NCBI GenBank assembly: GCA_965178125.1
Contig: OZ237771.1
Span: 310,001 to 374,000 of the forward strand
Reading direction: 5' to 3'
Origin: Bilabrum cf. latius
Lineage: Eukaryota
Length of the DNA: 64,000 nt
Part shown: positions 25,501 through 39,431 of the stretch, piece after piece
Numbering within the stretch: the stretch's first letter is position 1
How the letters are laid out: each line of letters begins with the position of its first letter
Position numbers and translations under genes: made by a program
Notes under the pieces: model-generated
What the model was told of the DNA's origin: nothing
What the model saw: only the letters and a program-made list of their open reading frames with translations
Databases searched by the model: none

Positions 25501-28500
25501 AGAGCATGGTGCAGGGCTGGGACGAGGAGGAGAGGAAGAAGAAGCAGGAGCAGAAGCAGGCGGAAGAGAAAGAGAAAGAAAAGGCGAAGCAATCGGCACG
25601 CGGTACAGCCGACCCCAGGCCCGAGCTGCTCCCCCTCACAGAGTGCTCAAAGGCAGCGACGTGCCTGCCCCTCGCCCTGCCTCTTCTCTCCGTTGCCGCC
25701 CCACTCCTCGCCGGCGTGGCCCCGAGGAGGGTCAGGACCGGGGCGGAGAAATTGGCTCCGAATGATAGGTGGCTGCAGGCGCCGGCCGCGCACTGGTTCC
25801 TGGGGCTGCCCGGGTCGGGCTCCAAACCGGAACTAGAGGAGCCGAAGCACTCGTCACACCTCGCGTCCACGCTGTGGGTGGGCACGGGCCTGACGAGGGC
25901 GCGCCTGCTGGCAGTGGCCGACCGGAGCTACGACGCACTGTATTCGCTGCTCGCCCGTCGATTTGGGGAACTCTGCCGGCTAGAGCGGGAAGCAGAGGTG
26001 GAGGCCCTGACGAGGGGAGCCATTGAGAAGCAGCTGAGGGAGCGGATCGCCGGAGCCAGGGAGGCCGTGCGAGTGGCAGATGACGCTGTCCGGACGATGG
26101 GTGACATCATCGACAGGACATACTGCCCCCCGCCGCAGCCCACTCTGCAGGAGGACGAGGAGGCCGAGGGTGCTCTGGTGCTACAGCTATGGCAGGGGGC
26201 CGGCAATGATTCTGACGAGGCCTCGGGCGCGGAAGCCCTGCGGGAGCTGTACGGGGACGAGACGACGGCTGCCCTGTACCGTGACCTCATGGACCTTCAG
26301 GCGGAGTTTCCCACCACCGTGTTCCCCGGGTCCCATTCGACCCGTGTGACGAGTGAGGGGGGTAGTGAGAGCCCGTCAGGCTCTCAGGGCGCGGGGCCTC
26401 CCATCGACCTGTCGTGGGAGGACCAGGTCAGCGAGGCCGAGGATGGTGACCCGGGAGCTGCTGGTGACCCGGTTGCAACCTAGGGCGGCATGGACACGAC
26501 CGTTGCTCTGCTTCACTGCCTCTACAGGCCCTCCCAGATCGGCTCGAGGGAGCTCTCGGACACTTGGTGCAGGCAGTTCGTGGCTCTCGGCCATAACACG
26601 GCGAGGGGCAGGGGCATGCTGGCCTTTGCGCTGCTGGAACCGGCCGCGTTCCTCCGCAGGTTTCCGGTGCCCGTCACCAAGGAACCTTCCATGCAGGTGC
26701 AGCCATGGTCAAACTCGCTGCTGCCATTCCAGGCTCGCATCGTCGCCACTTTGGACAGGGTGATGCCTGGATTCGCTGCGGTTCCGCTGCGGCACGTGGC
26801 ACAGGCTCTGCCCAGACTGGCCCAGATCGCGAGGCGCCAGCCGTGGGCCAAGCGTGAAACGGCAGGAATGCGGGCAGCCTAGGCAGCACTGAGGAGCCAG
26901 CCAGACGCGGAGAGCCTCCGGAAACGGCTGGCTGGCATGGGCAACGAGTCGGCGTCAGAGAGGAAGCGGCGCCGCGCAATGCTTGACAGGAGGAGGAGGA
27001 TGGCTGGCTTGCTGGCGCAGCTGTGCTGGTTCCAGCTGGTGACGCCTGCAGACGCCCTTGGCGCGCTGGTAGAGAGGCCGCTGGGGCTGGGGCTCAGCCA
27101 GAGTGGTGGTCCGGACGGTGGTGCCACTACACCTGAGGCTGGTTCAGGTACTGGCGAGGGCGGGGCGGGGGCATCAGGTGCAGGTGATGGCACTGGGGCT
27201 GGTAGTGACGCTCATGCTTCGTCTTCGTCTTCGTCTTTTCCTTTGCTGGAAGACAGGATCCTCGCCTCTGTGGCGGCCGAGTCTCTAGGCCGGATGTGGG
27301 CGCAGGCGGCGGCCCGAGGGAGCAAGCAGCAGGAGAGCGATTCGGAATCGAAATCGAGCAAGCATGAACATAACGCGGGCGAACGTGACGGAGAGCAATC
27401 CCCTAAAGCGGCATCGGCGGTGCAGACTCCGAGCCTTGCGGCAAGAATCCGGGCGGTGCAGGCTCGTTTCGATGGGCTCTCCAGCCGTGCCGGTGGTACG
27501 GCAGGGGGGATGGCAGAAGCCGACCCAATGGGACCTGCACTGAGCATGATCCAGTACTGCCCGGTTGCAACCGCCATGCTAGCAGAGTCCATTGAGGCCT
27601 GCATTGCGGCATCGTCAGCGCTAAAGCCGGACACGTCTGGTGGAGCCGCGGCAGCGGCTCGTCTGGCCCGCAAGGCGGCGTGGGCACGACTACCGCCCCC
27701 CATCGCGTTCATCCGAGCGACCATAGAGAAGTCCCTCAAGGTCAAGACGGCCAGTTCCGTCGCCTCGCTGCTGAAGAGGGTCCCGTTATCCAGGGAGATG
27801 AGGTACAGCGTGAGGCTCACATTGCTGGATGGTAGTGAGGGGGCTGGGGCCTCGCACCCCCCCCCGGCTTCAGGCGCGGGGGCAGGTGGACCTGCAGACG
27901 TTGGTGCCAGTGCGAGTAGCGGCGATGTTGTGGAGGCTGTGGACGGTGCAGGGGCGTCTGTCCCCGTGAGACATGGTAGTGTCAGCGGAGCTCTGCTGCA
28001 AGCTCAGATCGTGACTTCCTTGCTTAGGCTAGGAAGGCAGAGGCAGGAGGACGCGCAGGCGGTCGCGCTCGTGTGCGACCGGCTGCGGCGGCAGTGCCCG
28101 CTTCTGGTGCAGGCTGTTGCGGATGCGGTCGCGACCAGCTTTCTGTCGGCCGCCTGGGAGGGCGCTTCTCAGGCCGGCGGGGGCCAGGACCAGGGCCAGG
28201 GGGGCGCGCAATCGAGCGGTGGCGCGGACCTGCTGTTCTCTGCCAAGTCAAACCGGAACCTCCGCATGGCGGACGCTCGTCTGCTGGGCCAGCTGGCACG
28301 GTGCGGCGTGATCTCTGAGCGGGCATTCTTCCGAGTGCTCTACGGTCTGCTGTCCCAGGGCCACGAGGCCGGGGGGATGCAGGCGGTGCAGAGGGCCATG
28401 GGGCTGCTGGCGATGCGGGACCGGGCGGGCGGTGTGACGAGTGAGAAGAGCCCGGGCCCGATTCCGGGTCACCTTGTGTCTGCCTCCGCAGTGACGTCAT

Positions 28501-30419
28501 CGCTCGGCGGGGCAGTTGGCCTGCCGACTGACCCCGCCGCAGCCGAGGCAGTGCTCCAGCGACTCACCTCAAGCAGGGCCGAGGAGCAAGAAGAACAAGC
28601 CGCGCTGCAGTGCGATGCAGCTTGCACCGCTGGAGGTGTGATGAGTGCGTCCTCCAGGCGGATGGCCAGGTTGCGGGTGAAGGACGCCGCGTGGGCCCTT
28701 CTCACGCTGGCTGTGGCGGGGCTGGGCCCGAGACCGGTGGTGGATGCCAGTGAGCAAGCTGTGAGTGACGCCGCTTAGGACGGAACGAAGCGAGAAGCTG
28801 TTCCTGGAGCGACCGCGCAGCAGTTCCGGCTCGGCGGCGGCTGGGCCTCCCATCCGCTCATTCCCTGCGCCGCCGATCCGCCCACCAGCTTCCTCCGGCC
28901 TGTTCTCGTGTGCACTGCACTGCAGTCCAGGTGGCCCAGGGCAGCGGGCGTGGGATCGGATCGGAGCGCTTTGGTGGAAGCGTCGGGAAAGAAAGTGACG
29001 TCAGCGTAGTCAAGGCGTCTGCTTCGGCTGCTGTGCTACCTGCAGCTGCACGCCCTAGCCAAGGCGGCCGTGGGAGTATCGGCGGAACAACTATATTCCG
29101 ACACCCTGGAGCGCTTTCGTGACGTGCTGGAAGTCCCCATTGCCGATGAAATGCCTCACTGGGCCGGCACAACTCGATCGGAGCTCAGAGAGGCCGTGAG
29201 ACAGTGGACGCAGCTTCCTTCGGACAAACGGCCGATCGTCCAGCCGAAGCTGCCAACGTTCCGGTTCCGCTCGTTTGACGCCGCACAAAAAGTCTGTATG
29301 GTGCTCGAGGCGGAAGAGGCGCTGGCATGGTGGGGCTGGTGCAGTGCCCATGAGCTTGGGTAGGATGCCATGCCGGGCAGCTCTCAGGGTGTCACTTCGG
29401 CAGGGTCAGAATCGGATGGTGCGGGTGTGCGGAAACCCACATCAGGTGATGCTGGCGGCGGCGTCGTGTACTCTGACGATGAAGGCGATGAAGATGAGGA
29501 TGATGATGATGACGAGGAGGAGTATGACGAGGAGGAGGAGGAGGAGGAGGAGTATGACGAGGAAGAGGACGACGACGATACGTCAGACGATGACGCGGAA
29601 GAGGAAGACAATGGCGATGCTGGTTCGGTGGACCACGCTGATAGTGAATCTGGCGATGAGTATGATGATGGACACGGCTGGAGCAACGCAAATGCGAGCC
29701 TATTTGAGCAGAACGGGGCTGCCAGAACTACCGACGGGCGTGCTGTCGATGCTGCGCCCGCGCAGAGTGCTCGCGGCAGTGGGGCGCGACGAGCTGTCTG
29801 GGAGGAAGAAGACGAGGATGAGGTCGAGTCAAGGCTGGCCAAACTCATGATGGAGGCTTCGGGGGGCGGATCCACGGGCCAAAGATCCGGTGGATCCAGG
29901 CAGATGCAGGAAGTGGGTAAAGTAGCCGGAGGGCGAGCCCACCGAGATTTTTCAGGGGCTCAAGAGGCATCTTCTGTGGGAGGCTGGTTGGAACGTGCCG
30001 CGATCGCAGATGCCGGTGGTGATGCCGCTGCTGGCCTGGCAGCCGCCAGATCTGCAGCAGGGGGAAGGGGCTCGGGCAACGCGACGGGTATTTCTGCCGT
30101 GCGAGTTCTCAGGCAGAATGCCCAAAGAGCGACCCCTGCCGCCCTGGGTGGGTCGATCGCCGGTCGCCAATCAGGAGCGCAGTCCGTGAAGGTGCTCCTG
30201 CGCAGGGCGGGACCAGGCACTAGCGGACAGGGCAGGGTGCGTTCATCGACTGACATGCGCGCTGTGGAGGCAACGGTTATCATGCGGCGCGATCCGGTGA
30301 AGGAGGCTGCTAGCTCGGCGCAGAGAGCAGGGTAGCCGGAGGATGGACACGCTTCGCTGGCGGGTCCGTTTGACTATGAGGCCGGCTAGGAGAGGGAGGT
30401 GGAGGACTGGGAGATGTGA
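22569..30419 (+). CDS. UPF2: UPF2 nonsense-mediated decay factor (three MIF4G domains, acidic tract, UPF1-binding tail), expanded to ~2,616 aa, no intron needed
   Basis: Ordered blocks resembling UPF2 (from recall): DLRGINASRHIDEAV, RVCVELYLRYRGF, YGDETTAALYRDLMDL, LLPFQARIVATL, ARLLGQLARCGVISERAFFRVLY, DPPTSFLRPVLVCT, YSDTLERFR, D/E tract, EDEDEVESRLAKLMME, VKVLLRR. 12 in-frame TAGs. Ends TGA 30417-30419. Confidence 0.85.
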
Positions 30420-30684
30420 AATGTCGAAACCTATTGACCCCCTGCATGGATTAGCTCTAGGATCTTGTTGCTGCGAGGGATCGGTCATCTTGCAAATTAG
30501 CTTCTACGCCAGGGAATATAAGTTATAGTTTTCACCTGTTTTGCACATGCGGGATATAGCCCTATCAACGATTTCAGTCCTAGTGCAATCCGGATTCGAT
30601 AAATCCCGGATGCCTTCAATTCTTTGCCCAAGGCATCTTCCGTCATGCCAATTTATCCAATCACGAACCGAGACCGGCACTCAC

Positions 30685-30860
30685 CACGGATCGACCGCGT
30701 CGCCTCCACGCCGTCCATCACTGGCATCGACTTGTCCATCGTGATCCAGCCCAGGCACTCCACCCCAGGCCCCGCCTCCATCCAGGATGGCCCGGGCTCA
30801 GCACGCCTCCAGTGCCTTCTGCCCGTCCTTGGCCTGATGCACGGTATCCCGTATATCCGG
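30685..30860 (-). pseudogene. Degenerate response-regulator receiver-domain exon (hybrid histidine kinase type)
   Basis: TVHQAKDGQKALEAC-TGA, then a 1-bp frameshift into ITMDKSMPVMDGVEATRSIR, followed by a GTGAGT donor. No other exons nearby. Confidence 0.65.
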
Positions 30861-31164
30861 ATCCGAGTCTGCGAGCTATAGCCCTTGTGTCTCACACCGG
30901 TCTACCCGTCGGGGGGGGCTTGTGCCTGGCAAAGTTAGCAACCCGTCAGACCCAATTGAAGGCAAAAAAAGCAGGAGCATGTGAAAAGGCAGCGTGTCTC
31001 TCTGTCAGATTGGATTTCTGGGTTTTGAATCGAACATTTCCCTATCGCCAGCGAGCCGGACTGGCTCCACGGAGTCTTCTACAGTAGATCCATCCCCAAC
31101 ATGGGATCCGGATGTTGCTGGAATAATTTGCGAGCATGCCAGCGTTCAGTTACTCGCCGGTTCG

Positions 31165-34100
31165 TCAAACCAAATCTCCATCGCCCGATCGATTTCCTGT
31201 CCCGCCCGGCCAAGCCACAGAGTACCCGCCAGCCGTTGCAACGGCGTACCGCTGCCGGAGTCTCCTGGCAGCTGCCTGAAGCGATCCCAGGTCTGGCGTG
31301 CCACTTCCCTGGCCATCGTAACTGCTACCGCTGGCAGTGGTGCTGCTCTCGCCTGCTATTCTGTCGACTTTCACTGCTCCGATCGATACAACGGGATGCC
31401 TCATGAAACGAGCCTAGTGCCTTCCCAGCTGCAACGACGCGCCACGGGTTGGCAGCGACACCACAGGCGGCATGTGGCCAGGCGACGACGCAGCGGCGCC
31501 AGCCCGGCTGTCGCCAACATCCCCACTGGTCACACTATCACTCGTCACACCATCGATGCGACCCTCGCTGGAGCTCCCCAGCCTCATTCCCATCCTCCAA
31601 GCCGCATCGTGCATGTCACCCAAGGTGCCCTGCACCCCGTCAGAATCCAGTGACGCAGGCCGCAGGATCCAGCCGACTGCAGCGGCCGCCCCCCACCACA
31701 CCCCAACCTCCTCTTCCTCATTCTAATATTCCTTCTCCTTCCCCTTTTGCTGCTACTGCTCCTGCTGTTGGTCTGCGATGTCCCTGGCGCTGCTTCCTCC
31801 TCCCCCCCTCCCGATCCCTGATTGCAGCCACAGCTGCAGCACTCGCTTAGCCAGCACACTCTGCAGCCGAATGTCAGGCGGTGAGACCCGTCCTCGGATC
31901 AGGAGATCGCCCGACCAGCCTCGTGTATCCCGCGATGCAGGATACTGTTCCCTCCCGTTGGTAGCACTCGGACGACTGATGGAATGGCTCCAATTGCTGG
32001 CGACAGACGAGGGCTTCTTACCAGTGGCCCACGCGGCCACCTCGCCAGCAAGCGGGTTGCAAACCCGCACGCCCCCTGTGAGCGGCTCTAGCCCGAGGAG
32101 CTGCCTTGCACGCCCGGCCAGCCTAGTGCCTGGAGATGCCAGCGATGCTTCAAAGGTATGCTGGGAAACCGGCGCGGTCTGGCGATGTAGTGGAGCTGCA
32201 GTACTGCGACCAACTCTATCCTCAGCATCTCCACCACCATTGTAACCATCGTAATCTTCTTCTTCTTCCTGTTGCATGCCATGCGATCCATCCATGGCTG
32301 CACCCGTGGGTTGCATCGGCTCCAGCCCACCCCTCTGACACTACTGCACATGCCTCTAATCACTGCCAGACTTCGCCTGCCAGTCCAAAGCTAGCGGACC
32401 AGGTCTCTTGTTGCCTGCAGCACCGTCATCAAATGCCTCGATGCACCCAGATTCAGCCGACAGCCGCATCCAGTACCGCACTTCTTGCCCGCACATGCCG
32501 AGGAGTTGCCTGCACGGCAGGTCCACACCAGCAGTATTCTCGAGCCCCTGACCATGACCTGCATCACTCATTCTCGCTCCAGTGATACTGCTGCAGTCAT
32601 CCGCCCCTTGGCCGTGCCATGCATCGGCAGGAGCGCCTGTACCTCCTGAGCACGCGTCATCCGAACCGTCAGCATGCACGTATCCTGCCCCTCCCCCGTC
32701 TGTCACCTCGAGCAGGGCGCCAAACCTCCATCGCACTGTGGCAATCGTGACTGTGACGTTGCTGGGCAGCCGTTCCAGCTCTTCACTGTAGCTTGACCCA
32801 TTCCGGCGTGGGTTGCGCTATGCCTGGCTGCGTTGCCTTTCTCCGTGGGCCGGGTCGGTGGAAGCATCCTTGTCTCTGGGCGGGACGAGGATTCCCCTTG
32901 ACTCGTCAAGGCAGATGTCGAAGCGGGTGCGGCGCAGTGGAAGGTGCACTGCACTCTCGTTCGCAGGGCCGGTATCATCATTTAGTGCATCGCGTTCGTT
33001 GTCGTCTAACGGCATGCGACTTGCCACTATGACGTCAGCAGCGTCGGCTTGCATGACTCGCCCGTCACACAGGCACACCGGTGGCTCGCCACGCAGAGGT
33101 GCAAATGCCCTCTGCTAGTGGGCGGTGGAGTGGGCATGATCAAGCCCTGGCTCGCTGTCACCTACGGCCGCAGTTGCAGCCGCTCGCGCCAGCCCATAGT
33201 CCTTGCACGGTCGCAGCCACACCCACGCGTGGGCATACCGAGACACATGCGACTCGCCGTGGGCACTTGACTTTGATGAAGAAACTTCCTTGCTTGCGCC
33301 CAGTCCGGACTATGGAGCCGTCTACCCATCGGGTTCGTCATCGGCTTCGCCTCCTTGTGCTGTGTCTCGAGGCGCGCTGGCTGTGCCGTCCACTCTCACT
33401 CGAAGCAGAGCCTGCCAGCCCGCCCGGATGCAGACCAGCCTCTTGGGCCGCACGAGAATCGACACGATCGGCCGCGGAGCATCGATTCCAGTAACCACGC
33501 CGTTATGCACCCACGGGGAGCGTGTGATGGTGGCAAGAGGCACTGGTACCGCTCGAGTCGAATCCAGCTCTCTTTCGCACAGTGCTGGAGCACCTGCGTG
33601 TGATAGCAGGCGGCGGGTGGGCGACCCTGCCACTGCAATCAGTCGATGCATCAATGGGCGCGGAACACTACCAGTAACAGCACCCTACGGATGGCCGTGC
33701 ATGCGGATAGCACGATCATGATCCTGAGTAAGCGAACTGTCACTTTGCTCAGTGGTCCCGGCATCATTGGGAATTGCGATGGGCTACTAGAATCTGCCGA
33801 TTCTGTGCTCTTGTCTTGTAGAGCCGCCGGGTGAACCCCCTCTTGATTGCGTTTGTGACCCACTCATCCAAGATCTTGCGGCTTGAGTGACCTTCAGGAA
33901 GGCCCGGTACGCCGCTGCCACGACTTGTCGAACATCGTCGGCATGCTGGGCCGATGGTGACTCCCCATAGCACGCTGCCATCAACAAGTGACATGCATAG
34001 GCATGTTGTACTGCACCTCGAGACATCATGATCGCGAAAGCCAAGAGCTGAATCATGCGACTGTCAGTCGACTCGTGGTCATCAACAGCATGTGCAAGAT

Positions 34101-37100
34101 CAGCCCTGCTCTTACAGAGTGACCTTGCAATTCGAATCAGGGTGCTGGTCCTCACAGGCAGCATGATCAACTCCTCTGGACTACCATCCGGGGTCAAGTT
34201 CCGGTCTTCAGGGCCTGCCACGCGGCCTGTGATCACTCGTCGGCTCGATGGATCTCCCGGTATTGGGTTGCAGCGCTTGGCCATCACTGCGCCCCTGATG
34301 CAGTCGCTTGGAAGAAGGCGCTACGCAGCCACCGGTATGCACAGCATCGGGAAGAGACCTCCAACTGATTGTGCAGTGGTCGGACACGCCTTGAATGTGG
34401 CTATCTGGCACGCAAGTCCCGAGATGCTGCTATTGCCTGTACGGTGGCCGCTGCCACTGGCTGCTTTGGGCCAAGCATCGTTCTATGTCTCCTTGAGAGA
34501 GCTGTCCGCTATGCGGACTAACAGGCCTTGCCACACGCCGATATGCGGGTGCAGGCCACCGGCAATGCCTGATCGCTGTCGGTCTCCATCCACGCTCTGA
34601 CCTTCCATCGACTGCTGATGCAGATGCTGCTGCTCGCACAGAACGAACAGCCCGAGCCCATCCAGCATATCAACCCACTGCGGCTCAGGGGCAGTCACTG
34701 GGGACTGGCCGTACCGGTCCACTGCTTGGGCGGGTTCCGTGGATACTTGGGGCCTTTGGCGCTTTCGGCTACGGTGCTCAGACACAGGCTAGGCTTGCCC
34801 AGCAGGTGCGGTCCCTAACCTAACCGGCAATGGAGACTTGGAAGGGACACACACAGCGCTGAATGGAAGCACCGTGCATTCCCTTAGCGACACAGACACC
34901 AGCCACACCGACCCATCCATAGCACGTACCGCGATCGGTCTTGCACTGCGGGCCAGCGCCTACATCGGTCCGCTTGCACTATCTCCGGGCGGCCAGCTGC
35001 CTGATCCGCGCCCCAGCTCTGTCTGTAGCAAGGCCCAAATCGACTGCCTACGCTTCTCAGACGCATGCACTGCTCTGGCGCAGCTTAAACCATCTTCGTC
35101 ACTTGCGAACGAGCCATAGCTGCCGAGATCGGCCTGATCCAAAATTACAACGGATGCCACACCAAGGGGCAGCGGCTGCCCCTCCAATGCAATGCACCTT
35201 GCGTTCACCTGCGCATGGCTGCATGCCACTGCGACCACAGTGCCGATAGCCTGTGTCTCATGCGACGCGTTTCGTATACTATGGGAGCCCCCGCTGCGGT
35301 GGAAATCTAGCCCAATACTAATAGTCAACTGCTTGTCGGCCCCGTCCTAGTCGCGGCTCTGCAGGCACCCGGGAGCCACAATCGATGCAGATGGCTCCTT
35401 GTTCCAGCTTGCCTGGTGCCATTCACCATTGCCAGATGTTGTATGCCCTGCTCCAATGACGCCGCATGCCACGAACCTGTTATTGCTCTTTTCCTCGCCG
35501 ATGCGATCTGGCAGCCCAGGCCATGCACCCGCCCAAAGGTCGAAGCGGGACTCGATACTGTCACCCACGCAGCACATTGATGATCTGGTTGCAGATGACA
35601 CAATTCCATCGGCTGTACAAAAGCCTTGGACATTCTGAGCACGGCAGGGACTCATTGAGAATCGACCCGTCTCAGAATCCGGAAGGGCACTACCAGTACC
35701 AGCGCGATCCCGCGAGCTAGCCGATGCCACCCACGGCCGGTCGCTCGCCACCACAGAATTCGGAGGTATGCGCGAATTGATCTGTCGCAAAACCTCCTGA
35801 CAGGCACCACGAAACACACTCAGCGCGGATGCGTGCTGCATCACTGTCGGCGGACTGCATGGCTCTGGGTAGAATCTGTGAGATGAAACGTGAAGTGGTA
35901 CGCCGACTGAGGCTGGGTCTAGCATCTGCTATTCAAGATCCCCGGCGGTACTGCGGGCATCTATCGCAGCGGGCTATGAGTTCGTCCGGCCGTCAACCCG
36001 TTGGAGAGCACCCAGAATACTCCTCATCGCGGTATCATGCTACGCGAGAGCAGCAGCAGCGAGCAACAGCCCGCGCTTGTTCCCTGCGACCAGACTCGGG
36101 CCAACGTCGACACCGTCCAGGAAACAGCACGCTGCGTCCAGTGCCGAGTGATGCGCGACGAAATCTCGTTTGAATGATAGAGGCAATGGAGCACTTGGCT
36201 GGCCCTGGGTAGCGCTAGTGCCTGGAATCCGAGAAGCAGTTTGCTTGGGGTCGGACTGCATCGGCCAAGAAGCTCCAGGCAGCTTTCCAATAGCATCGAG
36301 CTGAGAATGTTCAAGCGGATCGTGGGCTGACACTATCTAACCAAATCGCCCCTGTCTGCATGCTATTGCAGCTAGCGGCGTGTGCACGGCTGCAGTGGCA
36401 GACGTGCCAGGTCCCAAGTCGGCAGCTGAAGCTACGCTGGGTATAGCTCTACTTGAAGCGGGCCCTCCACTCGTGCGCGTGCAGTCTACCATGATGCGTC
36501 CATCGGCGTAATACTGCATGGTGCTCACATCGCGACCGCTGAGCCCTCGGGCGGGCTCTCGCTGCACGACCACTTGCAGGCCAGCGCCAGCAATCGCCCT
36601 GGCTACAGGCCCTCCCATGATGCGATCAAACTGTGGATCCGTCAATGAGAAACGAATTGGGCCAGCAATTACGAGCGAGCCGCTTGCAATGCCAAGGATC
36701 TAGGGCGACTAATTTGCGGGCTATGCTGGTGCGCCTGACACTTGCCCACGCGTTGCAGCCGCGGGTAGCGGTGGCAAATGCACGACGATAGCCCGCCACG
36801 ATTGCACCAGATCACCCAACGAACCAGCCCCATTGCTTGCAGCGCGAGGCGCTGTGCAAGGTCCAACTATAACGGCGAGCAAAGGGTCCAGCCAGTGCCA
36901 GACTCCCATCACGTGGACCCCAGCAACAGCAGGTGCATCTCTTGAGTCCAGAAGCGGCGCACTGACAACGGGCTGCGGACGCCGACGTCGTGCTTCCTTC
37001 GTGACTCGGGCCAGCGCGACCGAGTCGAGTGGGACCGACTCAATCGTCACACCTCCACCAGGCAGCTTGTCGTCTTGCTTAACGTGACCACCGCCGAGCC

Positions 37101-37156
37101 AATCAGATTCAAGTGCAACCTCGCTAGTTTTGCTGTTCCTGCCAGGGCCTGCTGCA

Positions 37157-37187
<31 letters not shown>

Positions 37188-38907
37188 TGCTGTTGCTGCT
37201 GCTGTTGGTGCTACCAACGTCCGTGCTAGTGCTAGCAGTGTCATGTCCTGCTCCTAGTTTCCTCAGCCCTCTGATCCGAACGGCCAGCCCACTGGCGGCG
37301 AATGGCAGCAGGAAAGGAGCCCAAGCACGGCACGCGGTGCCGGCCAGCTCCACGTGCACTGCATTGCCACGCGTTACCCCCCATGTAACCATGCTACCCG
37401 GTGGCATAAACGAGTGTTGGTCTTCGCACGGATCAGCGTGACCCCCATCACGGGGACAATCCCCTTCAGGCGGGCGTCCCCACAGAGGGGTCCGCTAGCC
37501 GCTACCCACACCTATGGTCCTAGAATCGGCACGCATTCCATCGAAATCTGCCAACTATTGCACCGTGATTCGCATGATTGGGATGTCTCGGTGGCGCTGC
37601 TTCCGAAACTGCCTTGCTGATGTACCAGACTTCCGGGCTGCTGCAGATACAGCTCCCGTGACGCGATGCATTCTCACCGGTCCAACTGCCTGGATGATAC
37701 CGAGTATGGATGCATCACCACCCCCACACCCTGCGCTAGTCCCGGGGACCTCATCCTGGTGAGTATCGAGTGGGGCGTGCATGGACCCGGCTGATGGATC
37801 CATCCCAGCCGGCCTCTATGCCAGCTTTGCCCCTGCCACTGCCACTGCCACTGCCTCTGCCCCTGTCCCTGTCCCTGCCCCTGCCACTGCCCCTGTCCCT
37901 GCCCCTGCCCGTACTCTTGATGCCAAAGGCACGGCTGCTGCACGAGGTGGTAACGCATGAAATGTTGGCAGTGACACTGCCACATCACTGATTCTAGCGG
38001 TTGCAACTAGTGCTACCGCGATGCTCTCCGCAGTCCCCGAAGTGCCGCTGCCTGGCCTCGTGGTCTTGCTCGGTCTGGACGATGCACCGGCCCCGGCAGC
38101 TGACATCCGCACCAGTGTGGTTGCAACCAGCTGCATTTTCCGCACGATGATCGAGCAGCCAGCCGCGATTGGTGGCAAGGGGGGCTCCACTCGCAGGAGG
38201 ATTCCAGTCGCTGCCATGCGGGGTATGCTGCGGCTGAGCGTGCGGGTGCGGCTGCTAGTGCGGCTGCTAGTGCGGCTGCTAGTGCGGCTGCTGTCCAAAT
38301 GCGCGGAGTTAGGTGTGCTTTTCATGTCCACTGGTCGCTACTTTGGACGAGCGGCCGTGTGCTGTGCGCCCCGCACTGCCTGCGGATCGCCAATGTGCTC
38401 GCCGGAAGCACCTGCTTGTGTTTGGTGCTCGCTTGCGGTGTCCACGCGCTTCACCACCGGCCAACTCTTTGCTGCTGCTTTGCAAGCTTCAGCGTGCTAA
38501 TTCGGATGCTACTCCGAATCTCCTTTGCTTGATACTTGCCAAGAGCTAATCACTGGTATGACCTTGCCATCTGAGATTGCACGCAGAGCTGTCATTGACA
38601 CGCCGCGTCTCGACGTTATACTGAAACGAGGCGGTAGGTGTCTTGCTGCGGAAAATGGCGTATTTGCCACCCATACAACTCCAGGTTGCAGTGCAGCTGA
38701 TCGCAGCATGGCTCTTGGGAGCGGTTGAACTCGACCGGCCACCCATGCCAACAGCTCTGGAAGTGGCGAGCGAGCACCTCTAGTTGGACCTCGACTCCTT
38801 GGATCAGTCAAATCGATGCACACTTGACTTCGATTCGAGCTTGAATCTACTGACAATAGAACTCTGGTGCATGCTGCCACTGCCACGGCAGGTGAAATTG
38901 ATTGCAT
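31165..38907 (-). CDS. Large protein (>=2,580 aa), possibly CTC1-like (telomeric CST complex, multiple OB folds); 5' end uncertain, may extend to ATG 39209 via an intron
   Basis: Sixteen track ORFs in one frame joined only by TAG. Ends TGA 31165-31167. Weak ordered resemblance to CTC1: VHVELAGTACRAWAPFL...VRIRGLR, MSRGAVQHAYAC, LVCIRAGW, LLEVTDGGGAGYV. The gene is well supported; the identity is tentative. Confidence 0.55.
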
Positions 38908-39431
38908 TCAAATCTGTTGGTGCATTTTATCGAGGGCTGACTGGCACCGGTGCTATCATATTTCCAAAAAAAACATGATGGAAACCAATAAGGCTGCACT
39001 GATTGCTGAGCGATCCTAAAGCACTTCTGGCCCTCAGTAATGGCATGCGGGTGACGAGTACAAATTGACGTGTTACAAATTATCGAGCTAAGGAATGGTA
39101 TGATTTTGATAATACTTTCTATTTGAATACAGAATATACCCACGCTGACCACTAATCCTTCCAGATGGAAGCGCTGAGTGGCTGAAAAGCTATCTCCGGC
39201 TGCATCCATCGGTTTTAAACGGGGAGTGAAGAGCGCGAATTGTTGCTACAAACCAATGTGCATAGGCAGCAGGCCCAACTTGTTACGCTATGCTGCCATG
39301 AAAGCCATCTGACCCCATGTTCATGCTTCAAAGCATGCCCGTGGGCTGTCCGGCGAATCATCCGAAGCTGGCCGTGCAGGAGAACACATGGCAAGCACCG
39401 ATATCAAGCGCATGAAGAAGAGGCAGGTAGT

